From: a virus | Taxonomy: Duplodnaviria; Caudoviricetes | IMG/VR virus record: IMGVR_UViG_3300048833_000065 | Span: 1-63,103 of that record | Length of the DNA stretch: 63,103 nt | Direction: 5' to 3' (one strand) | Shown: piece after piece, positions 1 through 9,286 of the stretch | Numbering within the stretch: position 1 is the first letter of the stretch | How the letters are laid out: each line of letters opens with the position of its first letter | Notes under the pieces: generated by a model | Told to the model about the DNA's origin: nothing | Database searches by the model: none | Seen by the model: the letters and a program-made list of their open reading frames with translations, nothing else | Program-made: the position numbers and the translations under genes

Positions 1-127
1 GCTTCACCGCCGCTATGGTCGCATCAGCGACATGCAGGCTTCGTGGTGCCGGGATATCATCGAAGAAAGAAGGCGGGCCTAGCGCCCGCCTATTCGATCT
101 CCATCAATCTCACGCCAGCGGCGCGGG
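1..127. repeat. Terminal direct repeat copy 1 (assembly circularisation overlap)
   Basis: Bases 1-127 are identical to 62977-63103; 127 is a common assembler k-mer size. Confidence 0.95.
71..91. terminator. Hairpin between convergent operons
   Basis: AGGCGGGC-CTAGC-GCCCGCCT at the junction of the + early operon and the - replication operon; T-rich tail on the - strand. Confidence 0.6.
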
Positions 128-422
128 CGCGGTTCACCATGTCGGCTGTTCCGCGCCCGCCTGGAAATGCCACGACGAGGTCGGGCTTCTCCTTGTCGAG
201 CATCAACTGATTGCGCTTCGGGCCTGCCGCCTTGCCGTGGCGCGTCCAATCGGCGGGATAGATCGACCGACGAACACCACGCACCAGCGCCCAATCGTTC
301 GCGCAGCGGTCAGCGCCACTCGCGCCGCCGTGAACGACGTGCTTCGGCTTCAATTCATCAAGCACAGCGAAGACGCGCTTGTGGTCGAGATAGCTGCGAC
401 CGCCGCAAACAAGAACCTTCAT
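90..422 (-). CDS. YspA-like SLOG family (DUF2493) protein
   Basis: MKVLVCGGR, HGGASGAD, AAGPKRNQLM and VAFPGGRGTADMV motifs; ATG overlaps the upstream stop. Confidence 0.85.
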   Translation of the reverse strand: MKVLVCGGRSYLDHKRVFAVLDELKPKHVVHGGASGADRCANDWALVRGVRRSIYPADWTRHGKAAGPKRNQLMLDKEKPDLVVAFPGGRGTADMVNRARAAGVRLMEIE

Positions 423-619
423 GCGACCTCCTTCGGCATCTTCCATGAGAGCGTGGCGGTCGTGCAGTAGTAGCCACGCCGCCTGTAGCACGCGATTTCC
501 TCGGGCGACGGCCAACCGAAGGCAATCTCCCAAGCGTGCGCCTCGTTGAAGGCGAGGCCAAGCCAGTGAACGCCGTGAGGACCGACGACCACATGAGGCT
601 GCTGCGGCTTGTCTTTCAT
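419..619 (-). CDS. Hypothetical protein
   Basis: ATGA-coupled small ORF starting MKDKPQQ. Confidence 0.6.
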   Translation of the reverse strand: MKDKPQQPHVVVGPHGVHWLGLAFNEAHAWEIAFGWPSPEEIACYRRRGYYCTTATLSWKMPKEVA

Positions 620-807
620 GGCTTCTGCTCCATCGCGGCGAGCGCCGCCATCGCAAGAGCCTCGCAGCCGGGATCGTCGCAATCCGGTGCCGGGAATTTC
701 TCGCCCTTGATGATCGAAGTGATCATCCAGCACGCGGGTTCGCCCATGAACGCGCACCGCTCGCGGCAGATGGCGCGGGCCACCTTGTCGATCTTCTCCT
801 TGTCCAT
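616..807 (-). CDS. Hypothetical Cys-rich protein
   Basis: TGATG-coupled ORF starting MDKEKIDKVARAIC. Confidence 0.6.
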   Translation of the reverse strand: MDKEKIDKVARAICRERCAFMGEPACWMITSIIKGEKFPAPDCDDPGCEALAMAALAAMEQKP

Positions 808-1058
808 CACCGCCTCCGCTTCTTGCGCTTCTTCTTCGTCGGCTTCTTCGTCGCCTTCTTCGTCGCCGCCTTCACGATCTTCGGCTGCGCCAGGCTGACG
901 ACGTTCTGCTCCTGCACCACCTTGAAGGGATTGCCGCTGATGACGTTGACGACCTCGGCGCACGGCGTCTTGCTGACGACGGTCGCCTGATCCGTCGTGG
1001 TGACAGGCGAGATGCAAGCCGCGCCTGTGTAGAGGATAACGCCCATGAGATAGGTCAT
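807..1058 (-). CDS. Hypothetical protein with hydrophobic N-terminus and Lys/Arg-rich tail
   Basis: MTYLMGVILY...KKPTKKKRKKRRR; coupled start and stop. Confidence 0.6.
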   Translation of the reverse strand: MTYLMGVILYTGAACISPVTTTDQATVVSKTPCAEVVNVISGNPFKVVQEQNVVSLAQPKIVKAATKKATKKPTKKKRKKRRR

Positions 1059-1441
1059 GCCGTTTTCCTTTCTGCACCAACCATGATTGGATCGGGAAGC
1101 GGGATCTCCCGACCATCGTTTGGCCTCCATAGATGGAGACAATACGGATGCACGTTGATGTGCTGCGCGGGCGGAACGTGAAGCTGCATCGCGGCTTCAT
1201 CGTCCTTGAAAAATAACCGCTTCACCTTTTCCATTTCCTCCCAATTGGGACAGCGGTTCTTGCGCGAGACAGAGACGTGATCCCATCCCATGCCGCTCGA
1301 CGCGATGACGCACATCGGTGCGCCGTCGATGTGCGAGGGAACTGTGAAGACCCCGCATGTTTCGTCGCCAATGCCGCCCATGTAGCTGACGACATGGGGC
1401 GACCTGTCGCGGTAGATGTCGAGCATCAACAGGTTCCTCAT
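1055..1441 (-). CDS. Conserved phage protein (DUF7694-like)
   Basis: WDHVSVS...CPNWEEM...NVHPYCLHLWRP motif; GGAGG RBS. Confidence 0.75.
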   Translation of the reverse strand: MRNLLMLDIYRDRSPHVVSYMGGIGDETCGVFTVPSHIDGAPMCVIASSGMGWDHVSVSRKNRCPNWEEMEKVKRLFFKDDEAAMQLHVPPAQHINVHPYCLHLWRPNDGREIPLPDPIMVGAERKTA

Positions 1442-1442
1442 G

Positions 1443-1679
1443 TCAGCACCCTCCGCAATCGCCGCTCTCGCTGGCATACTCACCGCTGGTGCGGGGCTTC
1501 TCCTTCACCTTGGCGATGATGGCTTCAATCACTGCTAAATCCTGTTTCGCCTCCTCCGACGTCAAAGATAACCCGCATGTTTGTACGAGGACGTACTTCA
1601 CCGCCAGATTTAGCGCATCCAGCATTTCCTTGCGCTCGGCGCGGAGGCGGGTGATCTCGGTTTCATCATCGCTGCTCAT
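1443..1679 (-). CDS. Hypothetical protein
   Basis: Coupled ORF with EMLDAL...AIIAK small-phage-protein motif. Confidence 0.6.
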   Translation of the reverse strand: MSSDDETEITRLRAERKEMLDALNLAVKYVLVQTCGLSLTSEEAKQDLAVIEAIIAKVKEKPRTSGEYASESGDCGGC

Positions 1680-2098
1680 GACTTCACCTCCTTGTCGAAC
1701 TCGGCCTCAAGCTGCTTTGCCGCGATGAGAAGCCCTTGCTTGTGCTGGCGGTCGCGGCACCTGTAGTACTCGATCTGCGCGGCCCGCATCCTGATTGCGA
1801 GGTCAAGAAGGTCGGCCCCGCGTTTGACCGAAGCGGCATGATGTTCTGTGCCGTTGCGAGGATCGGGAACGGGATCGAAGAAGACGTTGAAGACCTTGCT
1901 GAACGCAAACTCGGCCATCAGGCCATCCTCGTCGGCAGCAAGTGGGTCTTGCGGACCCATGCGACGGTCGAGGACGCCGACGCGGCGCGCCATGACGGCG
2001 CGCAGCCCGCCCATCGTCTTGCAGAACCATAGTTCGGCGTCGGTCAACGTGAGTGACCGCTCCGCGCTCTGCGTGGCGATGGACGGCTCGGCGTTCAT
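1676..2098 (-). CDS. Hypothetical protein, possibly chimeric
   Basis: In-operon ORF whose two halves resemble different small phage proteins. Confidence 0.6.
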   Translation of the reverse strand: MNAEPSIATQSAERSLTLTDAELWFCKTMGGLRAVMARRVGVLDRRMGPQDPLAADEDGLMAEFAFSKVFNVFFDPVPDPRNGTEHHAASVKRGADLLDLAIRMRAAQIEYYRCRDRQHKQGLLIAAKQLEAEFDKEVKS

Positions 2099-2101
2099 CG
2101 A

Positions 2102-2560
2102 TCACTCGCTCATGATCTGCGCGGCGTGCTTTTGATTTGCACGATCATCGCAGCACCGCTGGCAAACCTTCGTGCCACCGACGTCGTTCTTCTTCGTCCA
2201 GTCGCGCCCAGGCACGTCGAGCGGCTCGCTGCAATCCGCGCAGCGACCGAGAAGACCTCCCTGCTGATGCCAGCGCTCCGCAAGGCGATCCGATCCAAAG
2301 CATGCGGCGGGCGCGCCGTTGTAAAAGAGCTTCACCCACCGGACAAGAGCGGTCTGGTTCTCTTCGTCACCATGACGAACAGCTTGGAAGAGGTCGCTTC
2401 TGGCGACGGCATAGAGGAAGTCTCCCGGCCTGATCCCCCACAAGACCCAACGGCAGAACGCGCCGCGCATGTAGTCAGGGACGCGATAGAGAAGGGCGTC
2501 GGTGCGGTCGTGCCAATAAAGCGGATATGCCGCAATGGCGGTTTCATCATCGATATGCAT
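2102..2560 (-). CDS. Hypothetical protein with C-terminal CxxC...CxxC
   Basis: GIRPGDFLYAV...APAACFGS phage motif; CADC and CQRC. Confidence 0.7.
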   Translation of the reverse strand: MHIDDETAIAAYPLYWHDRTDALLYRVPDYMRGAFCRWVLWGIRPGDFLYAVARSDLFQAVRHGDEENQTALVRWVKLFYNGAPAACFGSDRLAERWHQQGGLLGRCADCSEPLDVPGRDWTKKNDVGGTKVCQRCCDDRANQKHAAQIMSE

Positions 2561-2994
2561 CAGACCAGAACTCCCTTGATGGCTGCGATCTTCGACGCGA
2601 GGCGCGCGGGGTTCGCTTCATGCTTCTGGCGGGCGTGAACCATCGAGGAATGGTCACGGTTGAAATAGCGCGCTGCGCACGCGCCACTGATATGAGGAAC
2701 GACCTCGCGGATAGCGAGGTATGCCGCCGTCCGCCATGCAACTACCTCCGCGATGCGGCTTTTGCTGATCAAAACCTCGGCGCTGATTTGCGACGCCACC
2801 TCTGCCGCGTTGACGACGGCTTTTGCGCTCGGTTTCCCATGCGGCGCGAGCTTGATCTTGGTGCCGGGAAGAAGAACCCACTTCGGTTGGTATTCGTCCG
2901 CCCTGAGAAGAAAGCTTTTCTTCACGTAGACGCTCGGCAAGGGAATGGACTTTAGGCGACGCCCCTCGCGGATAATCTCTGTACTCATCGTCAT
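2560..2994 (-). CDS. DnaA C-terminal-like HTH DNA-binding protein
   Basis: LISKSR...AAYL...FNRDHSSMVHA resembles the DnaA domain IV RDHTTV motif. Confidence 0.8.
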   Translation of the reverse strand: MTMSTEIIREGRRLKSIPLPSVYVKKSFLLRADEYQPKWVLLPGTKIKLAPHGKPSAKAVVNAAEVASQISAEVLISKSRIAEVVAWRTAAYLAIREVVPHISGACAARYFNRDHSSMVHARQKHEANPARLASKIAAIKGVLV

Positions 2995-3013
2995 GGTCTT
3001 TGCTCCGTGGTGT

Positions 3014-3292
3014 TTAGTTGATCGTGTGCTTGGTGGTCTTCTCGCCTACAGTCTGGATCAGTCCACTTTCCAATCCTCCATTCATGACCAGTTGAAAGAG
3101 AAACCCGTAAAGCTCGCGGCGCTCGGCGGGAGGCGTGATCGCGAGAATGTCCATCGCGACCTCGACCATGCTTCCGAAGATATGAACGCCGCCCGCGTGC
3201 GTGATCTTGTTTGCCTCCTTCGCCCCGTTCTCTTTCGCCCACTTCTGAACGAGAGCGAGCAATTGACAGTGGAGGCATTCTTTGTCGCTCAT
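3014..3292 (-). CDS. Hypothetical protein
   Basis: ATGA-coupled ORF starting MSDKECLHC. Confidence 0.6.
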   Translation of the reverse strand: MSDKECLHCQLLALVQKWAKENGAKEANKITHAGGVHIFGSMVEVAMDILAITPPAERRELYGFLFQLVMNGGLESGLIQTVGEKTTKHTIN

Positions 3293-3957
3293 GGCATCAC
3301 CTGATCCCGCATGAGGCCAAGGGCGATGGTGAGCAAAGCCCGATCCCTCACCCGATAGCTCGTCGCCTTGCTCCACCGCTTCCGCTTGATCGCCTCGCTG
3401 AACTTCCTGCCGCGCGTGACCTTGCAGCGGAGCCAGAGGGCGAGGACGCGGCGCTGCGCTTCGTGCTGGTCGCCGCCGAGATAGGTTGCCGCCCATGAGA
3501 TCGCGGCGGTCATCTCGGAGACCTCGCGGGCCGTCGCCGTGTAGCGGCGCGGCTCCTTGTCCTTGCCGATCTCGTCTGTCTCGACCTGTCCCAGGAGGTC
3601 GCCCCAATCGCGAAGGATCGAAGGCCAGCCCACGGCGCGGTCGGACGGACGGACGGGACCACCGATCCGGTTGCAGAGCCTGACGGCGGCGACGAGCCGC
3701 TTGGCGACCATGTCGACGGTCCAGACGTGATCGGGAGGGAGATCGCGAACCGCTGCCGCGATCTGGTCGAGCAGGGAGACGGTGACGCCTTCCATATCGC
3801 TGACGACGGTCTTGGCTGCGCCCTTCCTTGTCACGCCCGCCCCCCTTTTGTGACGAGGGAGGGCGCTTTGCGTGACATGATCGACTTCCAGAGTGACAAT
3901 TCCGAAACCAAGCGTGATAATTTCCAGCGTTTCCGTGACATTTGTCGCCCGCCTCAT
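3289..3957 (-). CDS. DUF6362-like putative late transcription regulator
   Basis: WTVDMVAKRL, GWPSILRDW, C-terminal HTH-like WSKATSYRVRDRALLTIA; follows the replication gene. Confidence 0.55.
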   Translation of the reverse strand: MRRATNVTETLEIITLGFGIVTLEVDHVTQSALPRHKRGAGVTRKGAAKTVVSDMEGVTVSLLDQIAAAVRDLPPDHVWTVDMVAKRLVAAVRLCNRIGGPVRPSDRAVGWPSILRDWGDLLGQVETDEIGKDKEPRRYTATAREVSEMTAAISWAATYLGGDQHEAQRRVLALWLRCKVTRGRKFSEAIKRKRWSKATSYRVRDRALLTIALGLMRDQVMP

Positions 3958-6116
3958 CCGGGGAAGTCCGAGAGATCGATCTGCTTGCCGAAGGGAACCA
4001 CGTTCGATCCCTCCGCATCCGCCTGCGGCTCGACAGGCGAAGCATCGCCGGGGCGGCGGAAGCCGCGCACCCTCTTCCCGGTCAGCCAGATGAAAGGCGA
4101 CACCCGCCCGATGATCTGCCGGGACATGAGCCACTCCCCATGCCGCTTCATCGCCTGCCGGATCTTCGCCGCCTTCTTCTCCGGGTCCGTCTCGCCGTCA
4201 GCTTCAAAGGTCATGGCCTCGAAAGCCGCGCGAACCTTCTCGCCGCGCACCACCTTGAGGGACGCGGGAAGCTCAAGCGACGGCGGCGGTGTCTCGCCAT
4301 GATCTTCGATGGCCTTGTAGATCGCCCGGAGGAAGCTCTCGCACTGCGGGGAGAGCTTGATGGAGGGATCGACGGTCGCGAGATCGACCTCGGCCATGCG
4401 GCCCCGGTTCGGCGGCACAATCACGCAGGAGGAAATCTCGTCACCCTCGGTGTCCTTGCCGAGAAGAACCTTCTTGAGGACGAACTTGATCGACTTGCCG
4501 TCCTCGCCATCCTTCTGCTTCGTCACCGTCGCCTCGCGGACCAGACGCTCGTCAAGATCGGAGTTGCCTTCGAGCTTCCTGATCGTGATCACGTTGTCGA
4601 GGTTCGCGAAGATGCTCGTATGACCGCGCGGCTTCGCGCCGCCCGCGTTCATGTGATGGACGATCATCACATGGCAGCGGCATTCCTCCGCGATGCGGGC
4701 GCAGCGCGCGAGGACCACACTCATGTCCTCCGATGTGTTTTCGTTCGCTCCAGGCGTCGCGGCAGAGAGCGTGTCGATGACGACGAGTTCCAGCGGCACC
4801 GTGAAGGTCTTCGACCAGTGCCTGATCTCTTCCATGAGAAGGTTGGTCTGGTCCTCGTTGCCGTAGAGATCGACGGGCGATGGCAGGAGGACGAAGGGAA
4901 GGTCGGCGTCGCGGGCGATGCCGTGGAACTGCCGATATGCGCGAAGCCTTTTCTTGATGCCGCGCCCGCCCTCGCCCGCCTGATAGATGACGCCGCCCTT
5001 CATCGTGCGAAGCCCGAAGAAGTCCACGCCGCGCGCGATGGAGAGCGCAATGTCGAGCGTGAAGAAACTCTTTCCGGCTTGGCTCTCGCCCGCGCACATC
5101 GACCGCTCGCCGCGAGTGAGCAGGCCCTTGATCAGCCATTCATGCTCCGGTCCCGGATCATCAAGGTTCGCCCAAGGCAGAGCGTTGAAGTGCGAGCGCC
5201 ATGCGCTCTCGGGCGTCCAGACCTTCGCGCGGGCCTCGACCAGATCGTAGAGCGAGGCGGGATCGTTGCCAGCGTCGATCCAATCGGTGACGTCGCCCTT
5301 CTCCGGAAGGCCGGGAATGTCGAGGACGCGAACGCGGCGCGCGACGGTCGCGAGCTTGGAGCCGACGAGGTCACGATGCTTCCGCCCAGGCTCGTCGTTG
5401 TCGGGAAGAATGACGACGTCCGCGCCCTTGAACCACTCGCAGAGTTCATCGGGCCACTTGCCAGCGCCCATCGCGTTGCACGTCGCCGGAATGCCTTTGG
5501 CGGCAAGGTTCTCTGCGTCCTTCTCGCCCTCGACCACGAAGACCAGAACGTCCTGCGCCGTGGCCTCAATCAACTCGGTCAGCCGATATGGCACCTGTTC
5601 GACGCCCTTGACCGACCAGACCCACTCCTTGCTTCCCTCCGCGAACGGACGGCGCTGGCGGAAGGTCTTCTTCCGCACGCCGCCTTCCTCATACTCATAA
5701 CGGCAGACTTGGAAGCGGAGCGTCCCGGCCTCGTCGGTGTAGTCGTATGTCTTCGCGAGGACCGCGTTCTGCGGCACGCCGGGAGGCAGGCCATCCTGCT
5801 TGCCCTTTGCCGGGGTTTCTGTCGGTCGAGGACGGCTCTCCTGCTTCGTCGGCTCCGGACGCTCGTCTACAGCAAAGCCAGCCTCGGCAAGCCACCGCAC
5901 GGCCTCGCGGCCCTTGCAGCCCGTCTCGCGGGCGACGAGGTCGAGGACGCCACCGCCCTCGTTCACCTCGTTGTCGAACCACGCGCCCTTGTCGACGCGG
6001 ACAGACTTGCTGCCCTGCTTCCCCCACCGGAGTTCCTGCCGCGTCGAGAGATGCTTGTTCGGTTCGCCCCACAGCATCTTGGCGACCTCGGGCATCAGTG
6101 GCGTGAAGTCAGTCAC
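3954..6116 (-). CDS. Primase (TOPRIM)-helicase (RepA/AAA_25) fusion
   Basis: VEGEKDA and PDNDEPG TOPRIM motifs; GESQAGKS Walker A; VVIDT Walker B; IVHH; RGHTS. Confidence 0.9.
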   Translation of the reverse strand: MTDFTPLMPEVAKMLWGEPNKHLSTRQELRWGKQGSKSVRVDKGAWFDNEVNEGGGVLDLVARETGCKGREAVRWLAEAGFAVDERPEPTKQESRPRPTETPAKGKQDGLPPGVPQNAVLAKTYDYTDEAGTLRFQVCRYEYEEGGVRKKTFRQRRPFAEGSKEWVWSVKGVEQVPYRLTELIEATAQDVLVFVVEGEKDAENLAAKGIPATCNAMGAGKWPDELCEWFKGADVVILPDNDEPGRKHRDLVGSKLATVARRVRVLDIPGLPEKGDVTDWIDAGNDPASLYDLVEARAKVWTPESAWRSHFNALPWANLDDPGPEHEWLIKGLLTRGERSMCAGESQAGKSFFTLDIALSIARGVDFFGLRTMKGGVIYQAGEGGRGIKKRLRAYRQFHGIARDADLPFVLLPSPVDLYGNEDQTNLLMEEIRHWSKTFTVPLELVVIDTLSAATPGANENTSEDMSVVLARCARIAEECRCHVMIVHHMNAGGAKPRGHTSIFANLDNVITIRKLEGNSDLDERLVREATVTKQKDGEDGKSIKFVLKKVLLGKDTEGDEISSCVIVPPNRGRMAEVDLATVDPSIKLSPQCESFLRAIYKAIEDHGETPPPSLELPASLKVVRGEKVRAAFEAMTFEADGETDPEKKAAKIRQAMKRHGEWLMSRQIIGRVSPFIWLTGKRVRGFRRPGDASPVEPQADAEGSNVVPFGKQIDLSDFPG

Positions 6117-6888
6117 TGCGCTGGCCCTCCAGAAATGCGCGCACGTCGCGCCCGATGAGTTCCGGGATCAGAGGAACGAGGCTGTTGCCTAGTGCTTCAA
6201 TTCGGTCCACCCGGTTGGAAATCCCATGAGCCACTCGACCCACGTCGGGTTCAGATGCCCACCACCGGGCGGGGTCTGCTCCACCAGATAGACGCGGCGC
6301 GCGAGTTGATCCGCGCGATCCCTCATCGTGCCGTCCTTGTTCCGGCTCTCCAGCTTCATTCCAGGCGTGTCCTTCCAATCCCGCGCAGTCGGAGTAGGCC
6401 ACGATCCAGATGCGGTCCCGCTCATGCGGTGCGCCAACGTAGGAAGCCGGAATGCAATGCCATTCCGCATCATACCGGAGCGAGGCCAAGGCCCCGAGAA
6501 CGTCGCCCATTCCTCTATGAGTGAGCGCTGCGACGTTTTCCACAATGACGAAGCGCGGTCGAAGCTCGCCAACGAGGCGTGCGAATTCTCTCCAGAGGCC
6601 CGACTGCTCACCAGAAAGACCCGCGCCCTCACCGATGAGGCTGATGTCCTGACACGGGAAGCCGCCGCAGATGGCGTCGATAGCAATTCCATCTGACCGG
6701 AGCCGCTGCGCCGTGACCTCTTCGACCCGATCATAGATGGGAACCTCCGTCCAATGCTTCCGCAAGACCCGCTGACAAAACCTGCTCTGCTCCACGAACG
6801 CGCGCGCCTCGAATGCTCCGGATGCCTCAAGGCCAAGCGAGAACCCGCCGATGCCTGAGAACAGGTCGAGCAATCCGAGTGGCTTCAT
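6109..6888 (-). CDS. DNA (cytosine-5) methyltransferase, alpha polypeptide
   Basis: LFSGIGG (I), GFPCQ (IV), ENV (VI), HERDRIW (VIII), ALGNS (X); motif IX absent. Confidence 0.9.
   Translation of the reverse strand: MKPLGLLDLFSGIGGFSLGLEASGAFEARAFVEQSRFCQRVLRKHWTEVPIYDRVEEVTAQRLRSDGIAIDAICGGFPCQDISLIGEGAGLSGEQSGLWREFARLVGELRPRFVIVENVAALTHRGMGDVLGALASLRYDAEWHCIPASYVGAPHERDRIWIVAYSDCAGLEGHAWNEAGEPEQGRHDEGSRGSTRAPRLSGGADPARWWASEPDVGRVAHGISNRVDRIEALGNSLVPLIPELIGRDVRAFLEGQRSD
6189..6836 (-). CDS. Overlapping-frame beta polypeptide of the C5 methyltransferase (start uncertain)
   Basis: WPTPTARDWK...LNPTWVEWLMGFPTGWT supplies the TRD-like segment and motif IX missing from the main frame. Confidence 0.7.
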   Translation of the reverse strand: MALRHPEHSRRARSWSRAGFVSGSCGSIGRRFPSMIGSKRSRRSGSGQMELLSTPSAAASRVRTSASSVRARVFLVSSRASGENSHASLASFDRASSLWKTSQRSLIEEWATFSGPWPRSGMMRNGIAFRLPTLAHRMSGTASGSWPTPTARDWKDTPGMKLESRNKDGTMRDRADQLARRVYLVEQTPPGGGHLNPTWVEWLMGFPTGWTELKH

Positions 6889-7169
6889 CCGCGCCTCCTC
6901 GCTGCTCCGCGCTTGCGCGCGATCATCGCTTTGAATTCTTCCATGTTCGGCTCGACCATCGTCGCCAGAAAGTGCGCGTTGGCGCGGAAGACCTCGGCGC
7001 GACGGACGCGCTCGGGAAGCGGCTCTTCGCCAAGCTTCGCGCGCGCCGCCTCGGTGTTTTCGATCCGCTCCGCTTCGTCGTTGCAGAGGAAGATCATCTC
7101 AAGGAGCGTCGGCTTCTCGCCCGGTTTGAGAAGCGGATATGTCGGAGCCTCGCTCACTTGTTCGGCCAC
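6885..7169 (-). CDS. Hypothetical protein
   Basis: In-operon ORF with overlapping stop/start. Confidence 0.6.
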   Translation of the reverse strand: MAEQVSEAPTYPLLKPGEKPTLLEMIFLCNDEAERIENTEAARAKLGEEPLPERVRRAEVFRANAHFLATMVEPNMEEFKAMIARKRGAARRRG

Positions 7170-7390
7170 CGCACCTTGACGTCCTCGCCCGCGTACTGGT
7201 CCGCGATGGTCCAGAGTTCCGCAGCCGCCGCGTGAGGGCCGACCATCATCTTGAGCATGAAGCTCGAAGCGGAAAGGAGGCCGCGCGTCATGATCAGAGC
7301 GACGCGGTCGCCGTGCGATTTGCGAAGGCCGCAGATCGCTTCGACGTTCGCCTTGATGACAAGCTCCTGCATGGCCTCGCGCTCGCTCAT
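7154..7390 (-). CDS. Hypothetical protein
   Basis: ATGA-coupled ORF starting MSEREAMQEL. Confidence 0.55.
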   Translation of the reverse strand: MSEREAMQELVIKANVEAICGLRKSHGDRVALIMTRGLLSASSFMLKMMVGPHAAAAELWTIADQYAGEDVKVRWPNK

Positions 7391-7617
7391 TTCACCCTCG
7401 TCAGATTGCGGAAGGCGCGGATCACCGCCGTCGCGATGTGGGGTTCGATGGGCTTCCCCGCGATCTTCGACGCAGCTTCGGCAATGGCCTTCGTTGTCTT
7501 GCTCGTCATGCGGAGCGGGATTTGCGTGATGGTCGCTTCCGGATCGGCGCTCGCCTCCGCGCGGGAAACGAACTTCCCCGACTTGGCGCTCCTGCTGATC
7601 TTCCTGAGTGCGGTCAT
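7387..7617 (-). CDS. Small protein with RSAKSGKFV motif
   Basis: RSAxxGxFV motif seen in small phage proteins; coupled ORF. Confidence 0.6.
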   Translation of the reverse strand: MTALRKISRSAKSGKFVSRAEASADPEATITQIPLRMTSKTTKAIAEAASKIAGKPIEPHIATAVIRAFRNLTRVK

Positions 7618-8162
7618 GCCCTTGCTCCTTTCTCGAAAAGCGGCGTGCGGAGATGCGCGATCTTCGGGTTCCGCACGGCGGCGACATAATCAAAGCCCGC
7701 AAGCGCATCGGCTGCGTTGTCATCCTTCGGCTCGTATCCAAGCTGGCGGCAGCGCGCGATGACGGCGCGCTTTCCATCTGCGCCAGGCAGATTGCGACGA
7801 CCGATGAAGTGCTGCCGAATGTCATCGACGCGCGCTTCAAGGACCGAGTGAATGCCCATCCTGTTGCAGACCGCTTCTGTGATGGCGGGAAGGCCCATCA
7901 GCCGCCGCGCGGTGTCCACCGTGGTTTTGCCGCGAAGGAGCGATGGCGGAAGCGGTGCTTCGAAGGCCACGACGCGCGGAGAGTGGACCGCGATCATGTC
8001 GTGCAGCCACTTGAGGAAGTTGCCAAAGACCTCGCTGCTTGGCGCGCCTGACGGCGCGAGGCGCTGCGATCCGGAGATCGGCTTGCCGCCGATGGGACCG
8101 ACTGCCCATCCAGTGACGGTTGCGAGGTCAAGAAACAAAAGCGTCTCGACGCGGTCAGTCAT
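7614..8162 (-). CDS. RuvC-like Holliday junction resolvase
   Basis: LFLDLATVTGWA, VAFEAP and DDNAADALA acidic catalytic pattern. Confidence 0.8.
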   Translation of the reverse strand: MTDRVETLLFLDLATVTGWAVGPIGGKPISGSQRLAPSGAPSSEVFGNFLKWLHDMIAVHSPRVVAFEAPLPPSLLRGKTTVDTARRLMGLPAITEAVCNRMGIHSVLEARVDDIRQHFIGRRNLPGADGKRAVIARCRQLGYEPKDDNAADALAGFDYVAAVRNPKIAHLRTPLFEKGARA

Positions 8163-9286
8163 TTCCGGTTCCTTGCCTTCGGCTGCTCACTTGCCTCGAC
8201 ATGAAGCGGCGTGAACCCCTTGCGCGGCTCTCCCCTTGCAAACGCCTCACCAAACGGTGCGACGGATGCGCGACGGACAATCTCATAGAAGGCGTCGGGC
8301 TTCGCGCTATGCTCTCCGACTGCGGCCTCGAAATGAGACGGGATGGAGCGGTCGGTGATCGCAAGGTCGCCCTTGACCGCAAGGATGCAATGCTCCGTCG
8401 TATTGCGGAGCCACGCCCCGGCACCGAGAGAAGGCTTCACCCATGTCAGGATGCCCTTGTGCTTGAAGCCCCAATGAGCGACAAGCTCGCAAGCGAGCGG
8501 CATGTGCCAGTTCGTCGTCCAGAGCCACAGGTGACAATTCTCGTCGGCCCAATCCGGAACCGTGATCGCGCGAAGTTCCGGCGCGCGCATGGTCGCATAC
8601 TTTGGCGATCCATGATGCGCCGTTCCGCCTTCGTAGTGCCACGGCGGATCAACGATCAGCGCACGGAACTTCCCCTTCACGACGCGGACGCTCTCGACGC
8701 GCTTGCGGTCCTTCCGCTTCACAAGCTCGCCATAGGCTCCATCGACGGAGCGCGAGCGGTCCATCCGCTCGACCAGATCGCCGTAGACCTCCGGTTCCTC
8801 GCGCGCGGCCTCGACCACCTTGCGCGCCTTGTCATAGGTCATCTTCGACATGCCGACGCGAGCGGCGAGAACATCGCGGGTCTTGCCCGTAGAACCCTGT
8901 GCTAAATTGGCACCGGGTTCCTCGACCTTGACGCCCGCCTTCATCCGCTTCTTCGCCTCGGCCTCGACCTTCTCGCGGATCGCCTCGGCAATGGCGACCG
9001 CCTCGCTCGGCGTGAACTGCTTGCGGACCATGTTCTCGTCATGCTCCGCAGAGAGCATGTGATCGACGTCGATCAGGCGCGCAGGGATCGCCTTACGATC
9101 CATCAGCTTGAACGCTTCAAGGCGGCGCTGGCCGTAGACGAGGCGATATCCTCCCTTCACCTGAGAGACGCCGATGGGCTGCAAGAGGCCCACCGACTTG
9201 ATGCTCTCGACCAACGCGTCTAGGTCGCCAAGGTCTTTCCGGAACCGCTTGCCGACCGTGATGTCGCGGATGACGACCTCCATCAC
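8159..9286 (-). CDS. ParB N-terminal domain plus MT-A70 family adenine methyltransferase fusion
   Basis: GLLQPI...YGQRRLEA (ParB/Srx), HTH, then IVDPPW, LWLWTTN, RNTTEH, HSAKP, EAFAR. Confidence 0.88.
   Translation of the reverse strand: MMEVVIRDITVGKRFRKDLGDLDALVESIKSVGLLQPIGVSQVKGGYRLVYGQRRLEAFKLMDRKAIPARLIDVDHMLSAEHDENMVRKQFTPSEAVAIAEAIREKVEAEAKKRMKAGVKVEEPGANLAQGSTGKTRDVLAARVGMSKMTYDKARKVVEAAREEPEVYGDLVERMDRSRSVDGAYGELVKRKDRKRVESVRVVKGKFRALIVDPPWHYEGGTAHHGSPKYATMRAPELRAITVPDWADENCHLWLWTTNWHMPLACELVAHWGFKHKGILTWVKPSLGAGAWLRNTTEHCILAVKGDLAITDRSIPSHFEAAVGEHSAKPDAFYEIVRRASVAPFGEAFARGEPRKGFTPLHVEASEQPKARNRK

Noticed and set aside
3942-6158. Long antisense ORFs (also 9355..10902, 16428..18383, 31134..32633, 41691..44432, 51972..53711, 55842..57830)
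   Set aside because: They are shadows of well-supported genes on the other strand, expected with high-GC codon bias, and have no motifs
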